Shown in pieces: positions 29,539 through 39,415 of a stretch of 64,000 nucleotides of DNA. Position 1 is the first letter of the stretch. Every line of letters starts with the position of its first letter. The position numbers were made by a program, and so were the translations under genes. Origin of the DNA: Dehalococcoidia bacterium (lineage in GTDB: Bacteria; Chloroflexota; Dehalococcoidia; DSTF01; RBG-16-68-14); assembly GCA_040882355.1 (NCBI GenBank), contig JBBEBM010000029.1, forward strand, positions 62,001-126,000. The letters are read 5' to 3'. The notes beneath the pieces are model-generated. The model made no database searches. It was given only the letters and a program-made list of their open reading frames with translations, and was not told the DNA's origin.

Positions 29539-29883
29539 ATGGCAGAAGATATACTCACCCGGGCGCTGACTGTGGTCATGGCAGTGGCGATAGCCGGGCT
29601 CGGCCTAACAATGCTCCTTCAGCCGAGGCTCTTCATCGCAGCCTACTTTCGCCTCCTGCGGATGGTTCGTGTCACACTCTTCAGAGGTGGCTGGCTACCG
29701 ACCGAGCGCGCTTCCAGGAGGTTGGGGATCCCGCGCGATGTGCCGCTGAACTCCCCCGGTGACGTCGAAGCGTATTACAAGAGCGAGCGATACTGGCGCC
29801 AGGGCGCGGAACGTCCAACGCGCATCTTCGCAGCAGGAATCTGCTTCCTGGTCTCGGCACTTCTACTGATCGCAGTCGTCTGA
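29539..29883 (+). CDS. Hypothetical membrane protein
   Basis: Hydrophobic N- and C-terminal segments; fills intergenic gap. Confidence 0.55.
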   Translation: MAEDILTRALTVVMAVAIAGLGLTMLLQPRLFIAAYFRLLRMVRVTLFRGGWLPTERASRRLGIPRDVPLNSPGDVEAYYKSERYWRQGAERPTRIFAAGICFLVSALLLIAVV

Positions 29884-29966
29884 CACCGCGCCCCTCCGGG
29901 AGTCCCTGTGTTATCATTCTCGCGCCCGCCAGGCTGAAGCCTGGCCTTCGGAGACCCGCATCACCC

Positions 29967-30722
29967 ATGTCTGACATTCTCCTCCGTGAGTTCCGCGAGG
30001 GCGTCGAGTTCGTCCGGCTGAACCGGCCGGAGAAGCGCAACGCGTTCAACCGCGAGCTGTCGCTGGGCGTCGTCGCCCTCTTCGACGAGCTGGAGGCGGA
30101 CGACAACGTCCGGGTCGTCGTGCTCACCGGCGTTGACGGAGCGTTCAGCGCCGGCGCCGACATGACCGAGGCGCTCGCCGGCGTCGAATCGGGCAGCCGC
30201 GGCGACCAGGCTGCTCAGGCGATCGGGCGCGTCGCTCGCTTCGCCAAGCCGCTCATCGGCGCCGTGAACGGCTACGCCTTCGGCGGCGGCGCCGTGCTCG
30301 CCCTCGCCTGCGACCTACGGCTCGCGTCCGACCGGGCGAGCTTCCGCTTTCCGGGCGCCAGCTACGGCCTCGTCGTCGGCGGCAGTCAGCTCCCACGCAT
30401 CGTCGGCCCGGCGAAGGCGAAGGAGCTGATCTTCACCGCGCGCGTCGTCGAAGCCGACGAGGCCGAGCGCATCGGCCTCGTGAACCGCGTCGTCCCGCAC
30501 GACGAGCTGGAGGGCTCGGCGTGGGAGCTGGCGCTGCAGGTCGCGACACAGTCGCCGTCGGCTGTGCGCTGGTCGAAGGCCGTGATCGACGCGTCGACCA
30601 TCGTCGAAAAGGGCATCGAGCAGGAGATCGAGGCGAACCGGGCCCTGCGCGGCTCGGACGACCACGTCGCCCGCTTCCGCGCCGCGACCGAGCGCGTGGC
30701 GGGACAGAAGGATGGCTCGTGA
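29967..30722 (+). CDS. Enoyl-CoA hydratase/isomerase family
   Basis: LNRPEKRNA, FSAGAD, AVNGYAFGGG, ACD. Confidence 0.92.
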   Translation: MSDILLREFREGVEFVRLNRPEKRNAFNRELSLGVVALFDELEADDNVRVVVLTGVDGAFSAGADMTEALAGVESGSRGDQAAQAIGRVARFAKPLIGAVNGYAFGGGAVLALACDLRLASDRASFRFPGASYGLVVGGSQLPRIVGPAKAKELIFTARVVEADEAERIGLVNRVVPHDELEGSAWELALQVATQSPSAVRWSKAVIDASTIVEKGIEQEIEANRALRGSDDHVARFRAATERVAGQKDGS

Positions 30723-30772
30723 GTGTGAGCGCGTCCGCACCCTGGTCCAGCGCGTAGGATTCGGCGCCAGAG

Positions 30773-31809
30773 ATGGTCGAAGCCGATCCTCAAGCCGCGC
30801 TGCGATCCTACCCGCTGCAAGCGCCGGTTATTCTCGGCCCTGTTGGCGGCGGGATCATCAACGACAACTGGTTGGTCGCGGACGGCGCTGGTGAGGCGAA
30901 ATACATACTGCGCGCATACCGCCGCGTCAATGACGCCTCGCGTATCGCGTTCCAGCTGGCGTTCCAAGAGCATCTCCTCGCCTCTGGGTTCCCGACGTCA
31001 GCCATCATCAAGACCCGCACTGGGGAATCGTTCGCGTGCATCGACGGTCTACACTGGGCGCTGTTCGGCTTCGTCGCGGGCGAAGCATTCGACTTCTCCA
31101 GCCCGGGACAGGCACGCGAGGCGGGCAGACGGCTGGCCCGGCATAGTTCGAGGCTGTTGCCTCGAACTATGCCGGGCCAGTGGTAGCGCCCCCGCTGGTT
31201 GAGGTTGACTCTGGGAAGTGGCTTGCTCCGGTCTCGAGCCATGTATGGCGGATGTCGATGCTCGCTGAGGCGCACGAGGAACAGTTGAGGGAGCTGTTTG
31301 GCGGCCTGGGATTCGAGGAGGAGTTGGCCTTCTTCAGCCACTGGCGGCGCGCAGCGGCGGCGACGTGGCCGGAAGATCGGCTGGCAGCGCTCCCGGAGGC
31401 GTGGCTCCACTGCGATTATCATGGCCTGAACATGGTTTTCCAGGGGGAGGAGCTAGCCGGCCTGTTCGACTTCGACTTCACGACCCGCGGACCGCGCACA
31501 TTTGATGTGAGTCGTGGCCTCTTCAACTTCGGGCGGGAACGGCGCGGTTCGACCACGCTTCGTGAAGCGTTCTGCCGGGCGTTCCTTGAGGGATACGAAT
31601 CGGTACACGCGTTAACAGAGGAGGAGCGTCACGCGCTCCCGTTCATGGCCGTCCTGAATTGGGTGCCGGACGCTGGCTTCTACGCGGCGCGCATGCGAGA
31701 GGCGGACAGCCCTACCGTCGGCGATCATCTGCAATTCGCCGTCCGGCTGATGCGCGCCATGCAATCGGAGATGCACCGCTTGGCGCCGCGGTTCGGCTGG
31801 GAGACATGA
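30773..31809 (+). pseudogene. Phosphotransferase (APH/homoserine kinase II-like), frameshifted near 31140
   Basis: GGIINDNW/LRAY in ORF1; LHCDYHGLN and FDFD in ORF2 in another frame. Confidence 0.75.
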
Positions 31810-31955
31810 CGGCGATAGCATGTCTGGCAAGCGAAGAGGCTCCGCTGGCGAGCCGTGCCACAACGCGATGGTTGAAGTCGGCCGCCTACTCATGACGATG
31901 GGCTATCGTATAATGCCTGGTAGGTATGGTGGCCCTGGCATAGAAGCCCCTTGGC

Positions 31956-32027
31956 GGCTCCGACGACCACGTCTCGCGCTTCCGCGCCGCGACGGAGCGG
32001 GTAGCGGGAGGCAACGACCCATCGTGA
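31956..32027 (+). pseudogene. Orphan duplicate of enoyl-CoA hydratase 3' end
   Basis: GSDDHVSRFRAATERVAGGNDPS* versus GSDDHVARFRAATERVAGQKDGS* (30651-30722). Confidence 0.88.
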
Positions 32028-32136
32028 ATCGCCCGGCAGACGAAATGTGACCGCAGTTTGCTTCTGTCTGGGCCTGTGTGATGTGCTTACCCTGTCACCA
32101 ACGGGGAGCGGTAACGCTAGCGGTGAATTAAGCTCT

Positions 32137-32205
32137 GTAGGGACAGACCTTAAGGTCTGTCCGGCCCAGTCGAGGACAGTCCGGCAGGCTGAAGCCTGCC
32201 CCACA
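32137..32205. repeat. Paired REP palindromes
   Basis: GTAGGGACAGACCTTAAGGTCTGTCC...GCAGGCTGAAGCCTGCCCCAC. Confidence 0.8.
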
Positions 32206-32222
32206 AACCAAGGGGGTAATTG

Positions 32223-32774
32223 ATGACCACGGACCAAGCAGCGATGGTAGACCGCATCGGTTCCTACATCCGCCACAACGCGACGAAGAGCCCGGAGGCG
32301 CTGCACGATCTGGTGCTGAAGGGCCACGAGCAGGTGCTCGGCCTGATCGAGGGCCTCTCGCCTGAGCAGGTGACGTTCAAGCCCGGGGCCGACGACTGGT
32401 CGGTGCTCGAAACGCTGCGCCATATCGTCGCCGCCAAGCGAGGCGTCGCGCGCGTCTGCGTCCGGCTCGCGGCGGGCGAAACGCCGGGCGGCGTCGGCGG
32501 TGAGGGCCAGGCCCAGCAACAGGACGGCGTCATGGGCGACGAGTACGCCACCCTCGTTGAGGCGCGCGCCGCGATGGACGCTGCCCACAACGACATGCTC
32601 GCCTTCGTCGACGGCCTGGCGTCGTCGCAGCCGAACGTGGAGAAGCGCTTCAACCACTTCGTCTTCGGCGACCTGAACTGCCGCGAGTGGGCGGCCTTCC
32701 AGCGCGTCCACGATGGCGACCACTCGGGCCAGATCGAGCAGATCAAGGCTGCGCCCGGCTTCCCTCCGGCCTAA
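32223..32774 (+). CDS. DinB family protein
   Basis: WSVLETLRH, HFVFG, HDGDH. Confidence 0.85.
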   Translation: MTTDQAAMVDRIGSYIRHNATKSPEALHDLVLKGHEQVLGLIEGLSPEQVTFKPGADDWSVLETLRHIVAAKRGVARVCVRLAAGETPGGVGGEGQAQQQDGVMGDEYATLVEARAAMDAAHNDMLAFVDGLASSQPNVEKRFNHFVFGDLNCREWAAFQRVHDGDHSGQIEQIKAAPGFPPA

Positions 32775-32873
32775 GGCACGCCGCTGTTGACGCTGGCGTC
32801 ACGGGCGCGTAGACTGGTCGCGCTGGGCGGTTCCCAAAAGGAAGGAACACCAAACCGCAATGGGAGGCGAGTA

Positions 32874-33401
32874 ATGGACACGATTGCACTGCTACGCTCA
32901 GGATTCCAGGGCGCGCACGGCATCCTGGAAGCGACGATGAACGACGTCACGCCCGATCAAGCGCACTGGACGCCGCCGGGCATCGCGAACCCGCTCGGCG
33001 CCACCTACGCCCACGTTGTCCTGGGCGAGGACGCGCTCCTCCACGGCATGGTGATGGGCTCGCCGCCACTCTCCGCCACGACCTGGGCCGGCAAGACGGG
33101 TCTGAGTGAGATGCCGCCCGCACGCGGTACGGGCGACTACGGCAAGTGGACCCGGTCGGTCCAGGTCGACCTGCCGGCCCTCCGCGAACTTGCGAAGGCG
33201 GTCTACGCCGAAACGGACGGGTGGCTTGGGTCGCTCGGGGAGGAGGGGCTAGAGAAGCCGCTCGACCTTTCGAGGTTCGGTATGGGCGAGCAGACGGTCG
33301 GCTACTTCGTCGGTGGGATTGTGCTCCAGCACGTCAACAACCACTGCGGCGAGATCTCCTGCCTCAAGGGCATCCAGGGCGCCAAGGGCTATCCGTTCTA
33401 G
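32874..33401 (+). CDS. DinB family protein
   Basis: YAH, HVNNHCGEI; GGAGG RBS. Confidence 0.85.
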   Translation: MDTIALLRSGFQGAHGILEATMNDVTPDQAHWTPPGIANPLGATYAHVVLGEDALLHGMVMGSPPLSATTWAGKTGLSEMPPARGTGDYGKWTRSVQVDLPALRELAKAVYAETDGWLGSLGEEGLEKPLDLSRFGMGEQTVGYFVGGIVLQHVNNHCGEISCLKGIQGAKGYPF

Positions 33402-33432
33402 TTGCTGGTCGCTGGGCTCTAGTCTCTGGTAC
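33398..33432. repeat. Heptamer array CT(A/G)GTNN x5
   Basis: ctagttg ctggtcg ctgggct ctagtct ctggtac; inverse array at 36417-36451. Confidence 0.7.
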
Positions 33433-33480
33433 GGCCTCGTCCCACGCCGGACGGGGCCGTTGCTATCATGAAGGCGAGCC

Positions 33481-34938
33481 ATGAGCTGGTTAAACGCCCT
33501 CACGCAGATCGATGACTATCGCTGGGAGCTGCCCCAGGACTACAAGCCCGGCATGCGTGTGCCCGCGCGCATCTACGCCGACCGCCGCATGATCGAGCAG
33601 CTCGACGAGGGCGACCAGGCGATCGAACAGGCCGCGAACGTCGCGATGCTACCGGGCATCGTCGGGCGTTCTCTCGCGATGCCCGACATCCACTGGGGCT
33701 ACGGCTTCCCCATCGGCGGCGTCGCCGCGATGCGCGTCGAGGACGGCGTCGTCTCACCGGGCGGCGTCGGCTACGACATCAACTGCGGTACCCGCGTGAT
33801 CACGACAACGCTGGGCGAGCACGAGATGCGGCCGCTGGTGAAGGCGCTGCTCGATCAGCTCTATCGCGACGTCCCGCCCGGCATGGCCGGCAAGGGCTTC
33901 CTGCGCCTGACCACCGACGAGCTGGACGAGCTGATGGTCCAGGGCTCCGCCTGGATGGTGGAACACGGCTACGGCGAACCGGAGGACCTGGACGCGACCG
34001 AGTCGCGCGGCTGTCTGCCCGGCGCCGACCCATCGGCGGTGAGCGAGCGGGCGCATGCGCGGGGCCTCGCCCAGCTCGGCACGCTGGGTTCGGGCAACCA
34101 CTTCCTTGAGTTTCAGGTCGTCGACCACATCTTCGATGAAGAGGCGGCGGAAGCATTCGGGCTGATCGGCCTCGGCCAGGTCGTCGTCTTCTTCCATTGC
34201 GGCTCGCGCGGCTTGGGCCACCAGGTCTGCACCGACTACCTGAAGGTGATGGAGGGCGCGATCGCCCGGTATCGAATCGAGCTGCCCGACGTCCAGCTCG
34301 CCTGCGCGCCGGTCGAGTCGGCAGAAGGCAAGGCCTATCTGAGCGCGATGGCCGCCGCCGCGAACTTCGCCTGGGCGAACCGGCAGGGGATCACCCACCA
34401 GATCCGGCGCGCTATCATGAAGGTGACGGGCCGCAGCCAGGAGGAGCTGGGCCTGCATCTTGTGTATGACGTGGCTCACAACATGGCGAAGATCGAGCGC
34501 CATCGCATGAACGGCAAGGACGTGACCGTCTGCGTCCATCGCAAGGGCGCCACGCGCGCCTTCTCGGCAGGCCATCCTGAAGTGCCGGAGCGCTATCGCC
34601 ACGTCGGGCAGCCGGTGCTCGTGCCCGGCGACATGGCGCGTTACTCCTACCTCGCCGTCGGCACCGAACAGGCGATGACCGAGACCTGGGGCTCGACCTG
34701 CCACGGCGCCGGCCGGGTGCGCAGCCGGGGCGCCGCCAAGCGCCTGCTCGAAGGCGTTGACGTCGCCGCGCGAATGGCGGCGAAGGGCATCGTGGTGCGG
34801 ACGCAGAACCCGCGCGCCCTCGCCGAGGAGGCGTCAGAGGCGTACAAGGACGTGGCGAACGTGGTCGACGTTCTCGAGCACGCCGGCATCTCGCGCAAGG
34901 TGGCCCGCATGCGGCCGATCGGCGTGATCAAAGGATGA
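33481..34938 (+). CDS. rtcB: RtcB RNA ligase
   Basis: MPDIHWGYGFPIGG, GYDINCG, GSGNHF, HRKGAT, CHGAGR, YKD. Confidence 0.96.
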   Translation: MSWLNALTQIDDYRWELPQDYKPGMRVPARIYADRRMIEQLDEGDQAIEQAANVAMLPGIVGRSLAMPDIHWGYGFPIGGVAAMRVEDGVVSPGGVGYDINCGTRVITTTLGEHEMRPLVKALLDQLYRDVPPGMAGKGFLRLTTDELDELMVQGSAWMVEHGYGEPEDLDATESRGCLPGADPSAVSERAHARGLAQLGTLGSGNHFLEFQVVDHIFDEEAAEAFGLIGLGQVVVFFHCGSRGLGHQVCTDYLKVMEGAIARYRIELPDVQLACAPVESAEGKAYLSAMAAAANFAWANRQGITHQIRRAIMKVTGRSQEELGLHLVYDVAHNMAKIERHRMNGKDVTVCVHRKGATRAFSAGHPEVPERYRHVGQPVLVPGDMARYSYLAVGTEQAMTETWGSTCHGAGRVRSRGAAKRLLEGVDVAARMAAKGIVVRTQNPRALAEEASEAYKDVANVVDVLEHAGISRKVARMRPIGVIKG

Positions 34939-35028
34939 GGTTCTCGATGTTCAACGTTCGAAGCTCGCAGTTCGACTGCCACTCCGCCCCTCGCCCCGGT
35001 TCTTGGTTCTCGGTTCTGGGTTCTGGCG

Positions 35029-36285
35029 ATGTTTAGCTCCCTCAAGATCGGCAAGATCGCCGGCATCGAGATCGGCGTGCACTGGAGCTGGCTTTTCATC
35101 TTCGCGCTGATCACCTGGTCGTTCGCCAGCGGCATCCTGGAGGAGTTCTTCCCGGACTGGTCGGACGCCCAACGCTGGGCGGTCGGTGTCATCGTCGCCA
35201 TCATCTTCTTCGCGTCTATCCTGCTCCACGAGCTGTCGCACTCGCTGGTCGCGAAGTCGCGTGGCATCCCCGTGAAGGGGATCACGCTCTTCGTCTTCGG
35301 CGGCGTCTCGAACCTCGGCCGCGAGGCGCAGAGCGCCGGCGAGGAGTTCTGGATCGCCATCGTCGGTCCGCTGACCAGCCTCGCCATCGGAGGCGTCTTC
35401 GCCCTGCTGTGGGCCGCCCTGCTGATCCCGGCGCCCGACGCCGCGGCCATCGCCGCCTACCTCGCCGCTGTGAACGCGATCATCGCGGCGTTCAACATGC
35501 TGCCCGGCTTTCCTCTGGACGGCGGCCGCGTCTTCCGCTCCATCGTCTGGGCGCGCAACCGCAATCTGCTGCGCGCGACGCGCACGGCCGCTCGCGTCGG
35601 CGAATACGTCGCTTATCTCTTGATGGGAGCGGGGGCGCTCCAGATCCTGTTCGGCATGTTCGTGGGAGGGGTGTGGATGATCTTCATCGCCATCTTCCTG
35701 CGCAACGCCTCGTCCGGCAGCTATGAGCAGCTCGTCCTCGAGATGGCGCTCCAGGGCGTCTCGGCAGGCGAGCTTGCGCGCCGCGACTACGACCTCGTCT
35801 CACCGGAGCTCACTATCTCGCAGCTCGTCGACGAGCACATGCTCGCCGGGCACGGGCGCTGCTATCCGGTCACGGCGGGCGAGGAGCTGCTTGGCCTCAT
35901 CACGCTCACGGACGTCCGCCGCCTCGAACGGGAGAAGTGGCCGGAGACCACGGTCTTTCGCGCCATGACGCCCTTCGAACGCCTCCGCACCGTTGCCCCA
36001 CAGGAGAGCGCGGCGCGCGTCCTTCAGATGATGGGCGAGTCCGATCTGAACCAGGTGCCGGTCGTAGATGGGCGCCGCCTCGCCGGCATCGTCGCCCGCG
36101 GCGACATCCTGCGCTTGATCCAGGTGCGTCAGGCTGTCGGGCTGGCTGACCAGGGTAAAGCGGAGCAGTCCGAAGCGCAGGCTCCGCAACCAACAGCGCA
36201 GACCCCAGAGCTCGCCCCGAAGCACCCGGAACCCAGCCCGAAGAACCCAGAGCCCAACCCGAAGAACCCAGAACCAGGAACCTAG
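35029..36285 (+). CDS. Site-2 protease (M50) with CBS domains
   Basis: HELSH, FNMLPGFPLDGG, two CBS domains, repetitive PKNPEP tail. Confidence 0.93.
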   Translation: MFSSLKIGKIAGIEIGVHWSWLFIFALITWSFASGILEEFFPDWSDAQRWAVGVIVAIIFFASILLHELSHSLVAKSRGIPVKGITLFVFGGVSNLGREAQSAGEEFWIAIVGPLTSLAIGGVFALLWAALLIPAPDAAAIAAYLAAVNAIIAAFNMLPGFPLDGGRVFRSIVWARNRNLLRATRTAARVGEYVAYLLMGAGALQILFGMFVGGVWMIFIAIFLRNASSGSYEQLVLEMALQGVSAGELARRDYDLVSPELTISQLVDEHMLAGHGRCYPVTAGEELLGLITLTDVRRLEREKWPETTVFRAMTPFERLRTVAPQESAARVLQMMGESDLNQVPVVDGRRLAGIVARGDILRLIQVRQAVGLADQGKAEQSEAQAPQPTAQTPELAPKHPEPSPKNPEPNPKNPEPGT

Positions 36286-36452
36286 TACCGCGCCCGTTGT
36301 GACCCTGAGCCGAGCCCTTTCTGCGGGTTAAAACCCGCAGCGTCCATTGTGAAGCGCTCTCCGCCGCGAAGCTGCTGTGTCAGCCCGCAGACGCGTCTCC
36401 ACTTCAGCACCGGGCGGTACCAGCAACAGGTGACCAGCAACTAGCAACCGAC

Positions 36453-37250
36453 CTACGCCATCTGCACCTGCTCCGCCTGAAACGCCCTCTGCAGACGCAC
36501 GCGCAGCTCGCTCGCGACCTCCCACTGCGCGCCCGGCTGCGTGTCCCCTAGCACCTTCACCTGCAGGCCCAGCGCGCCCAGTCCCTCGACCCACACCGCG
36601 CGCGGCGCCGCCAGAATGCGTGGCGCGAAGGCCGGGTCGCTTGCCAGCTCCTCGCCAACGCGGTCGATCAAACCCATCACCCGTCGGGAGTCTTCCGTAA
36701 CGGCGAAGTTGAGGTTGAGATGGACGCGCGACCACTGCCGGGTGTGGTTGCTCGCGACCGCGACCAGGCTGTTCGGGATCGAGTGGAGCACGCCGTCGAG
36801 GTCGCGCACGAGCGTTCGCCGAAGACTGACGTCCTCCACGCGCCCGTGCACCCCGGCGAGCGTTACCACGTCCCCCTTGTCGTACTGGTACTCCAGCAGG
36901 ACGAAGAAGCCGTTGAGCGTATCGCGGATCAGGCTCTGCGCGGCCAGACCGACGGCCAGCCCGACAACGCCGACGCTGGCCAAGATCGGCGCGATGTCGA
37001 AGCCGGTGTGAGAGAGCACCGTCAGGCCGCCGATCCCGAGCGCGATGACCACGGCCGTCCTGAAGAGCACGTCCGTCAGCATGTTGACGCGCTTCTCCAG
37101 CTCCGCCGGCGCGGCGACGAAGCGGCTCTTGACGACCGCCGTGACGACCCGCCTGATCAGGAACAGGATGATGCCGGTGGCCAGCAGGATGACGCCAACG
37201 CGCACGAGCGCTTCGACCCACGACTGGCCGCCGATGCCGATTGCGAGCAT
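36453..37250 (-). CDS. MscS-family mechanosensitive channel
   Basis: GLAVGLAAQSLIRD, GDVV, GRVE, IPNS. Confidence 0.9.
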   Translation of the reverse strand: MLAIGIGGQSWVEALVRVGVILLATGIILFLIRRVVTAVVKSRFVAAPAELEKRVNMLTDVLFRTAVVIALGIGGLTVLSHTGFDIAPILASVGVVGLAVGLAAQSLIRDTLNGFFVLLEYQYDKGDVVTLAGVHGRVEDVSLRRTLVRDLDGVLHSIPNSLVAVASNHTRQWSRVHLNLNFAVTEDSRRVMGLIDRVGEELASDPAFAPRILAAPRAVWVEGLGALGLQVKVLGDTQPGAQWEVASELRVRLQRAFQAEQVQMA

Positions 37251-37534
37251 GGTGTTGCCTCCTTTCGTTGTAGCGGCCCCATCATACGTGCTGCGAAGCT
37301 GTGGCGGCGAGACGATGTGAGGGGGTCCAGTCGCCCTGACGCCACAGTAGGGGCGACCGTCTGGTCGCCCTGGCGAGCTCGCCCCTCCCTTTCTGCGGGA
37401 TGAATCCCGCAGCTTCCACCGAGGAACGTCCTGAGCGGAGAAGCTGCGCGTTTCAACGCGGAGACGTGTTTCGGCCCTCACGCCTGGGCGCGACCGCCCG
37501 CCGCATCGGGCCCTTGTTATACTGGCCGCTGCCG

Positions 37535-38347
37535 ATGAACGAATACTTCGACGCCAACCGCCGCCACTGGGACGAGGTCGTGCCGATTCACGCTGCCTCA
37601 GACGAGTACGACGTCGCCAGCTTCAAGGCGGGCAAGTCGAAGCTCAAGCCCATCGAGCTGGCGGAGCTGCCTGACGTGCGCGGCAAGACGATGCTCCACA
37701 TGCAATGCCACTTCGGGCTCGATACGCTCTCGTGGGCGCGCGAGGGCGCCATCGTCACGGGCGCCGACTTCTCCGAGCCGGCGCTCGAGCAGGCGCGTGC
37801 GCTCGCTGTCGAGACGAGCATCGAGGCGCGCTTCGTGCTCTCGAACGTCTACGAGCTACCGGAGAAGCTCAATGGCCGGTTCGACATCGTCTTCACGTCC
37901 TACGGCGCGCTCAACTGGCTACCCGACATCGAAGGCTGGGCGCGCGTCGCGGCGCACTTCGTCAAGCCCGGCGGGACGTTCTACATCGCGGAGTTCCACC
38001 CGATGGCGAGCATCTTCGACGACAACGCAGGCGCGACCGACCTGCGCATCCTCTACCCGTACTTCCCGCTCGTCGAGCCGATGCGCTTCGACGACGATGG
38101 CACATACGCCGACCTCAGCGCCAAGCTCACCCATCGCACCACGTACGAGTGGCCCCACCCGATCAGCGAGGTCGTTACCGCCCTCATCAACGCCGGCCTG
38201 CGCGTCGAGTTCCTCCACGAGTTCCCGTTCAGCATCTACCAGCAGCTCCCGTTCCTGGTCCGCACCGGCGAGAAGATGTACCGCCTGCCGGAGCACGACG
38301 GCTCCGTCCCGCTGCTCTACTCGATCAAAGCGACGAAAGATCTGTAG
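37535..38347 (+). CDS. Class I SAM methyltransferase
   Basis: HMQCHFGLDTLS, DFS, WLPD, EFHP. Confidence 0.88.
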   Translation: MNEYFDANRRHWDEVVPIHAASDEYDVASFKAGKSKLKPIELAELPDVRGKTMLHMQCHFGLDTLSWAREGAIVTGADFSEPALEQARALAVETSIEARFVLSNVYELPEKLNGRFDIVFTSYGALNWLPDIEGWARVAAHFVKPGGTFYIAEFHPMASIFDDNAGATDLRILYPYFPLVEPMRFDDDGTYADLSAKLTHRTTYEWPHPISEVVTALINAGLRVEFLHEFPFSIYQQLPFLVRTGEKMYRLPEHDGSVPLLYSIKATKDL

Positions 38348-38426
38348 GGGCGACCATCTGGTCGCCCTGGCGAGCGCTAGCTCGCCCTCCAATGTGGTTG
38401 CGGCTGCGTTCGGTCAAGGGGCAGCC

Positions 38427-39215
38427 CTACGCCGGCCTTCTCGCCCACACGTCCAGCCGGACGTAGTCCGCCGTGTAGGGCGCGCCCCAGCGGCGCACCG
38501 TCTCATCGACGACCGCGTAGCAGTAAGCGTCGCCGAGGCCGTCCGGGAGGCGCGCGACGTGGTCGCGCAGCAAGATCGTCCTCACGTAGAGCGCCGCCTC
38601 GTCGCGGTCGTCGAAGGGCACCGGCTGGCCCCAGAGCCGGGCCCGCGCGTCGCGCCAGCCCGCGCGCTCCAGCGACGCCGTCGCCTCCTCCGGTGTGCGG
38701 TACGTCTTCGAGTCACGGAAGTCGCCGAGATGCCGCGCGAAGCGCTCGTCCCGGCGCACGACCGCGACCGCCTCCAGCACGCGTTCGTTGTTGCCGAAGC
38801 CGCCGCACTGGGCGCGCAGCCGGCCGCCGGGCTTCGTCGCGCGAAAGAGCGCGCCGAAGAGCGCCTCGTCGTCAGGGATCCAGTGGAACACCGCGTTGGA
38901 GAAGACGCAGTCGACGGGTTCCGGCAGCGTGAAGTCGGTCAGGCTCGCCTGGACAGGGACGATGTTGCTCAGGCCGCGCTCCTCAATCGTGCGCGAGAGC
39001 GCCTCGAGCATCTCCCCCGACGCGTCGACGGCGTAGATCTTGCCGTTCGGCAGCTTTCCCATGAGGTCCATCGTCACCGACCCCGACCCGCAGCCCGCGT
39101 CGAGCACCGTCTCGTCGCCGCGCAGCGCCAGGTCGTCGATCACCTGCTGCGCCCAGCCATGCATCGGCTTGCCGATCCGCTCGTAGACCTCAGCGTTCCA
39201 GTAGGTGTTGGTCAT
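38427..39215 (-). CDS. Trans-aconitate-type SAM methyltransferase
   Basis: LDAGCGSG, FSNAVFHW, DYVRL. Confidence 0.88.
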   Translation of the reverse strand: MTNTYWNAEVYERIGKPMHGWAQQVIDDLALRGDETVLDAGCGSGSVTMDLMGKLPNGKIYAVDASGEMLEALSRTIEERGLSNIVPVQASLTDFTLPEPVDCVFSNAVFHWIPDDEALFGALFRATKPGGRLRAQCGGFGNNERVLEAVAVVRRDERFARHLGDFRDSKTYRTPEEATASLERAGWRDARARLWGQPVPFDDRDEAALYVRTILLRDHVARLPDGLGDAYCYAVVDETVRRWGAPYTADYVRLDVWARRPA

Positions 39216-39415
39216 CTCGATGTTCGAGGCCCGAGGTTCGATGTTCGAATCCGCCTGCGCGTCAAGACACCGTAGCTTGCAGGATGCAATGCATCCGATG
39301 ATGCCAGGCCAGCGGACAGAGCTTCCGCCAGAGGCGGACCCGCCTTCGGCGGGAAAGCTCTGTCCCTACAGGGTTTGGCGCACCACGCATCGCTGCTCAA
39401 GGCAGGCTCCCGCCC

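Noticed and set aside
33481..34938. Rtc RNA-repair operon
   Set aside because: No rtcA, rtcR, archease, Ro or Y-RNA neighbour is recognisable.
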